Assembly: GCA_964016885.1 (NCBI GenBank)
Contig: OZ024740.1
Coordinates: 148,552,001 to 148,616,000 of the forward strand
DNA length: 64,000 bases
Direction: 5' to 3'
Origin: Eledone cirrhosa
Lineage: Eukaryota
This document shows positions 15,517 to 29,834 of this stretch, piece after piece. The position numbers and the translations under genes are program-made. How positions within the stretch are numbered: position 1 is the first letter of the stretch; every line of letters starts with the position of its first letter. The notes below the pieces were generated by a model. It did not search any database, had not been told where the DNA came from, and worked only from the letters and a program-made list of their open reading frames with translations.

Positions 15517-16203
15517 TTGTCATTTTAACGTTCGCTTTCCTGAGAGAGAGACGTATATATATATATATATATACGTGTATATGTATATATCTGTATACAT
15601 ACATGTATACATACATACTGAATGTTTCTTTTTAAGGTGGTAGATTTGGTAGATTCGTTGGAATCAACTTTCAAGAATGTACTGGGGCTTTATGTCATAG
15701 CATCGGCATTAGGGAGGATGTTAGTCATTGAATCGACGGAAGAGCCTCTCTATCCTATGGTGAGTGGGATAGAGTGGACTAGGTAAAAAGGAAGTTAAGC
15801 ATGATGTCATGGATATATGACAAATCTTGGATATTATAGGATGATATTACAGGATGATGCGAAAGATGATGCGGAAGATTAATCCTTACATGAGGAGCTT
15901 CTGTGAAGATGAAAACACTTACGAAAGAGCTATGACCTGTCTATTTGGAGTAGAAAGAGATGAGATTAATCCTTGGTAGAAAAGATTTCAGTGATGATAA
16001 GACTAATTACTAAGGTGCGATAGTGGAATGTACATGAATGAGTTAAATCATATTCGCAAATTTTATACTGTTAGCCGAGTCTTTTTATCAAGTACAGCAT
16101 TTCATAATTTCTCACCGGACTCTGTCATATCTGTTACACACACAGACGGTCACACAGACGCCCCCCCCCCCCCACACATATATATATATATCACAGAAAT
16201 GTA

Positions 16204-16260
16204 TTGGACATATTACAATCGTTTCTCTGGTCGCCAGAGAAACGATTGTAATATGTCCAA
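16204..16260. repeat. Perfect hairpin with 27 bp arms containing a hammerhead 3' half
   Basis: ttggacatattacaatcgtttctctgg-tcg-ccagagaaacgattgtaatatgtccaa, which includes GAAA cgattg TA. Confidence 0.85.
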
Positions 16261-16387
16261 AAAATTCCATTCGTCACAACATTGATTCTCTTTTTTTTCT
16301 GTGATATCAGACTCTTCTCTATGAGAGCATCGAGTGCTCATACGGCCTACTGCTCATACGGACGCTTTAAGCATCCAACACCAATTA

Positions 16388-16466
<79 letters not shown>

Positions 16467-16799
16467 GTTTACATATATATATTTATAAAGTCATAGATAT
16501 ATATGTGTTTTGCAACGGGTCACGTTGTGGCTCAATGAAGAATTAATAAATTAAATAATCAGAGCTATATATCATAAAACATGTCTATAGAATCACCAGA
16601 TAAAATATATACCGTTTCCTCTCCCAATTAACATAATTAACCATATAAAAAATCAATTAGACCAAGCTATAACAATAAAGGCTCCTATGAAGAAATCTTC
16701 GACAAATAAAGCAGCCCTTTCGCGGCGGTTACGACGGAGTATTTATCGAATATTTCGACAGCATGTATAAATCGATCAGATTATTATATATATATCAAC

Positions 16800-17075
16800 A
16801 TTGCAGTCAAGCATTCACGATTTTCCATTGCTCCTGGAAACTGCTCCCTACTGAAGTTTGTGTCGTCAGAGAGTTGATCGATGAAGGTCCGACCAGTTTT
16901 TCCTCTACTGCGTCTCCCATGAGTTTGTTCCCACAATAGTAGCTTGTGGATAACTTCCCGATTAATTCTCCAGCAATGTCCTGCAAATCGTAACTCTTTG
17001 AACAATCATTGTTATCTAGGACAAGTTTCCCTATGAATATCCTATGTAATATGTTAACGCCAGTTTGTGTTTTGT
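16800..17075 (-). mobile_element. RTE-like LINE 3' fragment
   Basis: LRFAGHCWR...KLLLWEQTHGRRSRGK...TFIDQL. Confidence 0.75.
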
Positions 17076-17108
17076 ACAACTAAGAATTTTAGTGTATTCA
17101 CCCCAACC

Positions 17109-17154
<46 letters not shown>

Positions 17155-17188
17155 CTATCTCGTTCAATCTCTCTCTCCCTCTGTCTCC

Positions 17189-17282
<94 letters not shown>

Positions 17283-17887
17283 TATATATATATATATATA
17301 TATACTAGTAAGCAACAAGGAAAAATAGGATATTTTTTCAGGCACAAGACATGCTAGTAGTAGTTAGCTCCTCTTTCGAATTGTTTGGCAGTGGTTTGAA
17401 ATCAAGATGCTGTTGTGTAAATGAGGCGGGAAATTAATGGAATGGAAAAATTCACAACCATTTTTAAATTTAGCACTCCACTAGAATTACTACGAAGAGT
17501 AAAATATATTAATAGATATAGGAAACCATACCACCACTTGAAGTTTTGTGTACTATGGCAGTGAAATACCTTGCTATACAGTATCTTATTCAATGATAAC
17601 TGAAATTAATTCTAGAAACAGAGTTAACTCATACAGATTTAGTTGTGTGGTGGCAATAATTAATTTACAGTTATCAAAAGAATTAAAAGTAAATCTACTT
17701 ACTTTTGATTTTCATATTAACTGTTCTAACGATATTATGAAATAATCAGTGAAAAAAAAAGATATGTCTTTTGGCGTATATTTATTGATTGCTAACCTTA
17801 AATACTATGATTTCACGAATCTGGTTCGGTTAAAATATATGAAATAGTTTAGCACGAAGTAATAGTGGTCTGAATACTCACCGACAT

Positions 17888-19275
17888 TCTTCTTCTTCTT
17901 CTTCTTCTTCTTCTTCTTCTTCTTCTTCTTCTTCTTCTTCTTTTTCTTCTTCTTCGCCCACGCATTCATGGGAAGGTATGGAGGCAGATTCCTCAAACAC
18001 AACTTCCAGCGGCTCCTGTCAGAAGCAACCGACTCCAACTGATCCGGCTGGAATCCCGAAGCGAGACCAGCCAAGCTCATGGATGTTATCAACCCATCTT
18101 TCTCGGGGTCTACACCTGTGATTCCTGTCGATTGGTTTTGACATTAAAATCTCTGCAGTGATTCCTTCCTCGTGCCTATAGTATCGGAGTTGTGATCTCT
18201 CAATTCGGAGAAGTGGTGGCTCTACCTGGAGTGACTCTCTCATCTCCGAGCTACGCTCTCTATCGAGTAACGTTACTCCAAAATAGTCTTCGGAGAAACC
18301 CCATTTCGGCCATTTGTATTTGCGATCGTATTCTTTCGGTCATTCCACAAGATTCATGACGATATTTAAGAGTTTGAACGAATACCGAATTGAAGAGAGT
18401 GAGTTTGGCTTTTACGTCCATGTTACTTAATATTACTGGATGCTGGAGTTGGAGCAGTACTACACAAGCTCCTGCAATTCTTGCCACTTAATTTAGTCTC
18501 CTGCCTTCCATCATGAGAACACGGTCATGAGACACTTGAACTTCCCTTCCTGCTTTAGTGGATATCCAGTTATATGTAGAGTGCACTGCACAGGCTTCCT
18601 TGAGTAGACGAGCGTCTCAGTTTTTACAGTACTGATTTTCATTCCAGCCATGCAGCTCTCAGCATCAAACCTATTGAGTGCATGTCTAATATTACCTTCT
18701 GTTGAGTTAAGTATCACCATGTGCTCTGCAAATTCCAGCTGTCTGATATTGCACCCACCAGTCATGATAACACTTCCAACACGGCTGCGCATGCCAATCC
18801 TGCTGATGTAAATAATGAACAAGATAGGTGACAGTACCCCTGGCGGAGTCCGACACCCACAATGAATGTTTTCGATTCAGCACTATTTATCCGAACACAA
18901 ATACTTGGCCATTCGTATAGAGACACCAGGGCATTAAGGAGATGACTATCGATCCCATACTTCTGCAGAACCTTACATGGTAGATCCCGAGGAACACGCT
19001 ATTATGCTTTTTCAAGGTCGACAAAACAAGTATATACCTCTTGGCAATATTTCCACGATTTCTCGAAGAACTGCGGCTGTGTGAATATTTGGTCGGCTGT
19101 GCTGCGTCCAAGGCAAAAACCACACTGTTCATCAGCTAGCTTGTACTCGACAATCTCCCTGCATCTCTTTGCTAGACGCTTAGCATAGATCTTACCATGG
19201 AGACTTAGCAAGGAGATCTCTCTGTAAATGGAACAACCTCTCTTGTCAGCCTTTTTGAAAATTGGGATTATCAAT
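17888..19275 (-). mobile_element. Decayed RTE (Expander/Rex3-like) LINE with (GAA)n tail
   Basis: IIPIFKKAD..C..YREISLLSL.GKIYA; EQCGF..GRSTADQIF; CFVDLEKA; GMKIST.KTE; LLRIERSQLR. (GAA)n at 17888-17955. Confidence 0.9.
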
Positions 19276-19335
19276 TTTGCTAACTTTGAAAAGTAAATAT
19301 TAAAAACTAAATATACAATCACATGATATATGTAA

Positions 19336-19385
<50 letters not shown>

Positions 19386-19551
19386 TTGTATATATGTACG
19401 CACACAAACATACATATACGTTTCCACTTATATATGTTTACAAATTTAATATAGATAATACGCACAGGCACACACATAAACAAACATATTTATTTATTGA
19501 TATGTATGTATATATAGAGTAGGAATGTGACCAGTGAGCGTGTGCGTCTAT

Positions 19552-19595
<44 letters not shown>

Positions 19596-20199
19596 CATGT
19601 GGGTGCTTGCGTACTCATACAGGCACAAATGGTTCGTAGATATTCATACACTCTCTTGCACAGAAACACCCTCCCACGTACCAACATCTTTGAAGAAAAT
19701 GTAAACGTTGAGTAAAAAGTGTACAGAGAAAGAGGGAAGAATGAGTAAAAGTGGAGAAGAAGAGAGAGGATAAAGTGAGAAAAGTTGGAAGAGAAAGTGA
19801 GATACGATAGCATATGAATTGTGGCGGCCGTTGTGGTGACGGGTATGGCGGTGGTTGTTGTAGAGAGACCTGGAATGTTTATCCTCACATTCAGAGGTAT
19901 CGTGTTGTGTCTCATTCATTGAAGAGCGGAGAATTCTCTCCTCTAGATGTCAAGAGAGTTAATGAAATTGGCTTATTGTTGCTATCATCTTGCATCACAT
20001 AATGTTTTATTTAGGCAAACATACGAAATAACAGTTAATCAAGAAGTGTGAATGATTGGCGGAATCGTAAAGGAGATGGTGCTGGTGGGGAAAGAAGAAA
20101 AACTCTTGAGACTGAAATAAAACATTTAAGAGGTATTGCTATTAATGATATTATGAAGATAGCTGTTTGGAGTGGGGGAGAGTGGGGGACAGAGAAAAA

Positions 20200-20247
<48 letters not shown>

Positions 20248-20393
20248 TAGAAAGAAAGTATAAATATGAAAGATGAATTGATCGCTTGATGTGTGATGTG
20301 AGGTAACTGTAAATGATTAATAGTTTTAAATGACGGATATATATATATATATCCATCATTTAAAACTATTCATTTAAAACTATATATATAGAC

Positions 20394-20437
<44 letters not shown>

Positions 20438-20465
20438 GTATGTATATGTCTATATATATATATAA

Positions 20466-20549
<84 letters not shown>

Positions 20550-20565
20550 ATGCATATATATATAT

Positions 20566-20832
20566 ATTGTTATACTTTGGGAGGGTCATGTTGCCAATAA
20601 GAAACACACGCACCAGTGTTTCACTTCAATTTATTATGATAAATTTATAAATTTAGGAATTTATAAATTTCCGGTTGGTTGGTTCCACAACCAGATGATT
20701 GTTTATATATTGTCAAAGTTTTTTCGTCACACATTCTGTGACCTCTTCAGTGACTGGGATTCTTTTCTTTGTTTTTGTGCCTCTCCTTTGTTCTGTCCTA
20801 CGCCATCTTGTTTTGGAAAACTATCTTCCGCG

Positions 20833-20837
<5 letters not shown>
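20566..20837 (-). mobile_element. About 270 bp hammerhead-bearing element (family shared with 11365-11670)
   Basis: Reverse complement of 20755-20711 reads agtca CTGAAGA g gtcaca-gaatg-tgtgac GAAA aaac TT tgac. Ends in tgaccctcccaaagtataacaata(TA)n. Confidence 0.65.
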
Positions 20838-20927
<90 letters not shown>

Positions 20928-21000
20928 TATATATATATTATATATATATATATATTATATATATATATATATTATATATATATATATATTATATATATGT

Positions 21001-21072
<72 letters not shown>

Positions 21073-21429
21073 TCGCGGAAGATAATCTGTATCATTTGTC
21101 TATTATTTCTCCATAGTTACATTTTAAACTTATAGCCTCGTTTAAATGATTCTTTATGTAGTTGATTTATACGGACTAGGGGAGGAAATACTGTATATAT
21201 TTTATCTAATAGTTCTTTAAACTTGCAATTTTATATATATATATGTGTGTGTGTGTTGGCTTCTTGCTCACAATAATTTCTATATTTTCATTTATATTTA
21301 TACTCGGAATTTTTCCTAGATTGCTTAAAATTATTCGTGACTAATCCCGGTCTTTTTTTTTTTTTTAAACCGCGATAATATTACTATTTTGCTGAACTCC
21401 TTACATGTAGAGGGTTATCGTGTTTGAGC

Positions 21430-21506
21430 TCTACTGATGAACGACTCCAACCGTGACAATCCCCACTGAAAAGTTTCGTGAAATAGTCTTTTTAAGACTA
21501 TATAGA
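21430..21506 (+). ncRNA. Type I hammerhead ribozyme motif with a true hairpin stem III
   Basis: tcta CTGATGA acga...tcgt GAAA tagtctt-ttt-aagacta TA taga. All three stems pair. Predicted cleavage after A21502 (AUA). Confidence 0.85.
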
Positions 21507-21702
21507 TCATTTGTAGTTTTTCCAATTTGAAGGATGAGTATTTAAGCTTTTTTTGATTCTGAGTTAAGACTCTATTGGTTTTTCCCTGAATTTCAAAAAA
21601 TCTGTGAATAAGATCTCCGTCTTGATTTTTGTTTTAATTGAGTTTGAATTATTATCCCATATCTTACGTTAATTATTTTCCATTTTGACGTTATATATTA
21701 TG

Positions 21703-21811
<109 letters not shown>

Positions 21812-22964
21812 GCGAGAGTGAGAGAGAGATAGAAAGAGATATATATAGAGAGAGAAAGAGATGGTGAGAGAGAGAGGGAGCGAGAGGAGGGGTAGATTTA
21901 TTGCATTAACTTATGATGTTGTAATACAGGTACAGTTGTTTCGCTAGGATTCTATCTAAGTGTAGATTCCAATTTCTCAATCTATCTTGACGCCATTATA
22001 TAAAGGTTGTAGTCTTTTCTTGCAAATCTGAAAAAGAGTACGAAATAGGTAAAGAGGTACGTACAGATTGGGAACTGCTATCAATCCATAAAACTGCCAT
22101 ACTACAACTAAAGAACATTGTTGCATAAGTGATGAGAATAACACAATTCTCTTCTCTGTCTCTTTCTCTTACTCCCCACATCGCTACCTCTACATACACA
22201 CATAAATCCAGTGACGCACATGTATATGTTAGACACGCAGTGACTAACAACAGAATGTTTTAACTCTGCATGTCTGACATATATGCGTAGCTTGTGAATA
22301 AAAAATTCATGGGGTTTCGCTGGCCGTGGTGATCCCTGTCAAACATCTTTTGTAATGTATTGTCTTATTGGCTAATTTCATCGTCTTATTGGCTAATCAA
22401 CCAATGAGAGTAATTGTTGCTCAAAAGCATCCGCCACTTTGTACGTTTATTTATCGTTTCGCTTTCAAATCTTCCTCCTGTATTTCGTCGTTTATCATCA
22501 AAATATTTTTCTCGTTTTGGTAAGTTATATTGTTAATTTATATATGATTTTTTAAATTTATATTAACTATTTTTTTTTAGTTCGTTATAACATGCTTATA
22601 ATATTGGTTGTATCATATTTGTATATTTGTCCATATTATTGTTCGTTTTATGTTAGATTATTTTATTATTATTATTATGTTAGATTATTTTTTTATTATT
22701 ATGTTAGACTATTTGTATGTAATATTTTATTAATTCAACTATAACAATTATTATGTAAAATATATTTATTTAATATTGATTGTTTTTTGTAGTTGTTTAA
22801 ATTAAAAGTCTGAAAATATTTTTATACATATTACAATAATATTTATAAGATCATATATAAAATAACAATTATATAATCTAATTACATTACAACGATAATT
22901 TATTATTAATATATATCATGTTTAACTAAAGTTATTACAAACGTTGCCTTAAAAAAATTATTAA

Positions 22965-23409
22965 ACTAGACCTGAAAAATGCGCAAGCTCAAAGAGCCAC
23001 AGAATGTTAAAATAAACCTTCAAAAGTGTAGGACTAGAGTTGTTGCTCAAAAATATTGTAATCATTATCTATCGTACACTCTGTGGCATCCTTTTATAAA
23101 AAAGAGACTCATAACGAACTCAAGACGACACGATAATTATTTAAGTGAATTTATAATATAGAATTCGGTTTAAATGCATTTCGTATTAATCATTACTAAA
23201 CATCTAATATGAGATATTGAACATTAGCTTAAATAATTATTGTGTCGTCTTGAGTTCGTTATGAGTCTCTTTTTTATAAAAGGTTTCCACAGAGTGTTCG
23301 ATAGATAATGATTACAATATTTTTGAGCAACAACTCTAGTCCCACACTTTTGAAGGTTTATTATAACATTCTGTGGCTCTTTTGAGCTTGCGCATTTTTC
23401 AGGTCTAGT
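22965..23409. mobile_element. MITE/fold-back element with about 180 bp terminal inverted repeats
   Basis: actagacctgaaaaatgcgcaagctc...ataattatttaag (to about 23145) is inverted at about 23228-23409, with an AT-rich spacer of about 80 bp. No clear TSD. Confidence 0.85.
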
Positions 23410-26048
23410 ATATTTATGTCTGTATTTATGTATGTGTATTTACGCGAAAGAAATTGGCTTACGAAGGTCCTGAGATAGAATAGAGGCACCCATGTCACTA
23501 CGATAATGGGAATTCAAGTATAGACAAAGGGATTCCGAAATTGTATGGTGTTGTATCCCTAAAGAACTAAAAATAATGGGATCCAGTTGAACATTTCTTG
23601 ACCGGATTAATAAAAATAATGCCTATAGACGTAGAAACGACCATTAAAATTATGTTTGATTAATCCAAAATAATACTTTTGCCGAGAGATGTTGCCTAGC
23701 TATATTTTAACACAGCATGCTTATGATATTGCAAAGCAGATGCCATTAAAAGGGAAACTGTTACGGTCAATATTTGTAGGTCAATAAGGTAATTCTTTGT
23801 AAAGGAACAGTTAATCATTATAATAGTTTATGGAACTATGGAATTTGAGGAATCCTTGTTAATTTTCATCGAATTATATTTAAGATTGAAAGATTCTTGA
23901 ATCTCGTTAGAAAATCAATATTATGTAAAGGTGCATTTTAATAATCAGAAGCACATATCTCCTTTAGATTTATTTTTAAATAATGGTTATACTCACAAAT
24001 ATTTGAAATTAATTATAAAATATTTGACGCTTGATAGAAAATGTTTGTATAAATAAATTTATATGTATACATTTTTCATTATGTATATAGTAAAGTTGAA
24101 TTTTGTGTGTCTCAATTTAAACTAATATTTATAAAGTTATCTAAACTTAGATTGGTATCCACCCTAATATAAACCTATTTCTCTGAATTGTCAGACACAA
24201 AAGTACGAACATGATATAACTATTGAATCAACTTTCAGCATTACTAGCACATGTTTCATTAACTACAGTGATGGGACCTGATCATATAACATAAAGAGAC
24301 CTTGCTAATAACTAAATGAGAGTACATATACATAAAGGCAACTATTTATGTATAAATATGTTGTTTTAAATATTCTAATACAGTAAGTGTGGAATGAATC
24401 CACATCGGTTTCGATTATATACGTTTCATTTGGTCAATTATCGGAACAGCCTGCTCATGAAATTAACTTGCACATGGCTGAGCATTCCACAAACTCCGGT
24501 ACCTTCAAGGTAATTATCAGGGAATTTCAACTTGACACATCATGTTACAAGATTAGCCCTTTGAATTGCAGGCACACTGACGGATTTCAAACAGGTTCTA
24601 TCAATCCAATTTCATTCACAACAAATTAGGAAACACGAATGTATAGTAAATGATGTTTGCCTAAGCTGACACGCAGTATCATTGAAACGGGACTTAATGA
24701 ATATGAAGCAAACTTTAAAACCATTTGGCCATGCTCCGTCCACACAAAGTATATGCATATTAAGTAACCAAGCCTGTAGTCTTTACTCTAGAACAGCCAT
24801 ATTTGCAGGGAAATATCTGAAGTCGGAACCAATAGACATTCAGCATTTAATAATATGAAACTATTTAATTTTACACATTCCTTCTACCCGATTGATATCT
24901 CCGATACCAAAAGAAGTTTGAGTATATATATAATTTACACTAAGAAAAGTTATAACATTTTAAACATGTATAACGAAGTATGTGAAACTTAGAAGTAAAT
25001 GTAAATATTGCTATTAATAGCAAAACCCATTGCTAAAAGGCAAACGAGAAATATTTAATAAGCAGATGTAAAATCAACGTTATGGCATATCTAACGACAT
25101 ATGAGGTCCTTCATATTAATAACTAACGTTCTGCTTTTGACAACGCTTGGTTGATTTATCGCCATGTAGCTTCCTCACAGCAACTTGATTTTAATCACAT
25201 GATATATGAGTTTAACTTTTTAATAATTACCTAGATCACTATTAAATTTGACACACATCCCAGACTATATATACTGTAATAAATATTTTAAAAACTCTGA
25301 TAATAATAATCTGATATTTAATAGTAAGCATTTAAAGCGATATTAGTTATGGAATGACATCAGCTATAGTAATAATATTTATAAGCAGGAAAGCAACAAC
25401 ATCAACAACTATAGGGAATAAAAGAAAAAGTACCTATTAGTGTTTGCAGTTCCCAGCAGACTAGTGTATGATGGTAAAATAATGAACGAAATAAACCAAG
25501 CGATTCACTGAAACCTCTTTAAGTAATATGCCATCAATTTTCTGCTTAATGAAAACGCCAAAACCAGTTGAAAATATATGGTTAGGTATATATAGTGGAG
25601 ATGATTGCTGGTCACGCACGATTTATAAATATGTTTAGTTGACTTACAATTTCCTTCACGACTCTCTAAAAAATCTTTCCCAGCTTAGAGAAAGTTCGAG
25701 GGAATATAGATTTACTTAGTGATATATTAGGACCTGGACTAATGACGCGTAGGAGTGAGATTACTATTAGTCACTTAAGGGAAAAAGACAAACGATCCAG
25801 TTAAGGGACGTAGATTGTAATGAACCTTTCAATATTTTGATGAATACTTTTCTCATTGTAAAGAAATAGTATATAAAAACTGATAAAGGAAATTTCTGTA
25901 GAAGCAACGAAGTCATTGTCGTTTGACTGGTACACTTCACTAGAGATAATAAATAGTTTTGATCAAGAATTTCTCGTAAACTGACAACGGCACAAACGTG
26001 TATAAATATATACATATATACATATATACATACCTAATATATACATAT

Positions 26049-26081
<33 letters not shown>

Positions 26082-26429
26082 CATACCTAATATGTAGGCA
26101 TGTAAACATACTTTTAAATAAATGTAACTTTATCCTACATATCGGCTGCTAGTTCACTTCTTAATATATATCTTAATTACAAACACGAGCTAATTATATG
26201 CAAATTAGTAAGTCCATTTCAAAATAATACTAATACGTTTCTTTGTGGTTATTTGGGTGAACAATACGCCTTTTTATGAGGGTCTAATAAAATCTGAAAA
26301 TCTAATAAAGATATGTTTTCAATTTACAGTATTTTCTGGCATGTTTACCTGTCTATATATAAAATATGGGTATATATTTAAATAAATTCGTGCTATGCGG
26401 GTCATAAGTTCTTCGTTGGCCGTACTTAC

Positions 26430-28015
<1,586 letters not shown>

Positions 28016-28017
28016 CG

Positions 28018-28160
28018 TTCAAATCCCACCGACGTTATCTTTGCCTTTTATCCTTACAGGGTCGATAAACTAAAGTACCAGTAACAAACACACTGTGGTC
28101 AATTTAATCGACTTCCCCTCCCCTTCAAATAGCTGGCCTTGTACCTAAGTCACAAACTAT
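28018..28160 (+). mobile_element. 5'-truncated SINE
   Basis: gttcaaatcccaccgacgttatctttgccttttatcc...gtcgataaa...gtaccag...ggccttgtacctaa, homologous to 28609-28829. Confidence 0.8.
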
Positions 28161-28608
28161 TATGGTGGTAGTAGTAGTAGTAGTAGTAGATATTGATATT
28201 GCTTGTATTGCAACTCTCGTCGTCTTGCTGCAAGGCAGCGTGAGAATCTCTACACAGTCGATTTATCTGCCAGAAATAACAGCTAAATCTCGGTTAAATC
28301 ACACTATTTACCATTTTAAAATGTACCAGGAAATATTGGAAAGTGTATCCCTAGGTATATATATGCATGAAATATTACGAGATGATCATAAGTTTAAGGA
28401 TTCACTTGTAAGTATTGGAAAACTATAAACTAATGCTTTATTTATATTAGATATGAATGACAAATTTATATTGTGTCGAATTAAGTCTCCAAAACAAAGT
28501 GGAAGTTAGCTGACGTCAGTATCCTTTGAAAGATATATATGAAATAAGAGGCAAGAAAACACCCTGACACTACCACACACTGAAGCACCAATTGAGTTAT
28601 TATTGCAT

Positions 28609-28829
28609 GTGGTGGATTGGCAGTATCGGTAGAGCAACGGACAACAAGCTTTGTGGTATTGAGCTATAGATCTTTACGTTCTGAGTTCAAATCCCGCCGA
28701 GGTTGGCTTTGCCTTTCATCATTAAGGGATCGGTAAAATAAAGCACCAGTAATGCTCTGGGTCGATTTAATCGACTTTCCCCTCCCCTTCAAATTGTTCG
28801 CCTTGTGCTTAAAGTAGAAACAATTATTA
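28609..28829 (+). mobile_element. Full-length tRNA-headed SINE
   Basis: A-box-like tggcagtatcggtaga, B-box gagttcaaatcc, body ctttgcctttcatc...aaaataaagcaccag and an (ATT)n tail. Four other copies occur in the window. Confidence 0.85.
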
Positions 28830-29147
28830 CATTTATATCAACACACTAAACATGAAGCAGATATGGGGAGCAAACAAACTTCCTAAGTGATGATGACTAA
28901 CGTGATAAGGATAGAGATACTTAGGTTATCCGTGCGCAGTACTTTGATGAAATTGTAAAAGCTACTGACTTTACAATAAAGATATATTTATAGAAGGGTG
29001 GTGTGTAGCGTATAGTTTATATGAAATGTGTAAAGTTACTTTCATGAGGTGAGAACGATACGAAATGGCAATGATATATTTGATTCTGTAGTTTAATGTA
29101 ATACTGAATTATGATAAATATATTTACTGTTATTAATGCCGGAATTG

Positions 29148-29244
<97 letters not shown>

Positions 29245-29834
29245 GTTATCGAGTATGGTCATTGCACGATATATCATTATTAATAATTATTAATTAATTC
29301 TATCGTGCGTAAAAATATTTTTTAAATTGAGGAAAGACTGTGCACTAAGCCATTCCCACTCTCGGTGCGACAGTAGCTATAACCCGAAAAGAAGAAAAGA
29401 TCAACATCATCGGTAACTACTGAGAAGCAGGTTTTATATCGGAGTTATCCCAATTTCCTGAGTTGCCTACTCCTAGAAGAATACCATGACAAAGGCTACG
29501 AGTCCTTCACTCCCAGTTATTTAACCGCGCGATCGGGTGTCCAGCCCGACTATTTCCATGACCCCGCGCATATACATACATATGTACATGTGCATATACA
29601 TATTTACACAATTTTGGATGGTCGTTGCCTCTTATGAGTTCTTAGCCCTTTGTCAGGTTTTGTTTTTTGTCCTGCAGGGTGTCGAAAATCACCCTCCTCA
29701 CCAAGTAAACTTGGTGGCGTTGCCAGTTTAGTCGCGGACGACCCGACCATGCGACAGGTTGTACTAGGTTACATGTTACCAGTAGCACTCAAGAGTGACC
29801 CGCCATACATACATACATACATACATACATAAAT

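Noticed and set aside
16686-16770. Hairpin gaaatcttcgacaaata/tatttatcgaatatttc flanked by ctatga and gaca
   Set aside because: Both core halves are mutated, so it is at best a dead hammerhead and is not counted.
21900-22045. Possible minus-strand exon after tctttttcag
   Set aside because: All frames stop within about 17 codons and no recognisable protein results.
24387-24629. 80 aa non-repetitive ORF
   Set aside because: GTG start, no motif and no clear splice context. The length is compatible with chance.
28609-28700. tRNA gene
   Set aside because: A and B boxes are present, but spacing is long, there is no cloverleaf, and the body is shared with dispersed SINE copies.
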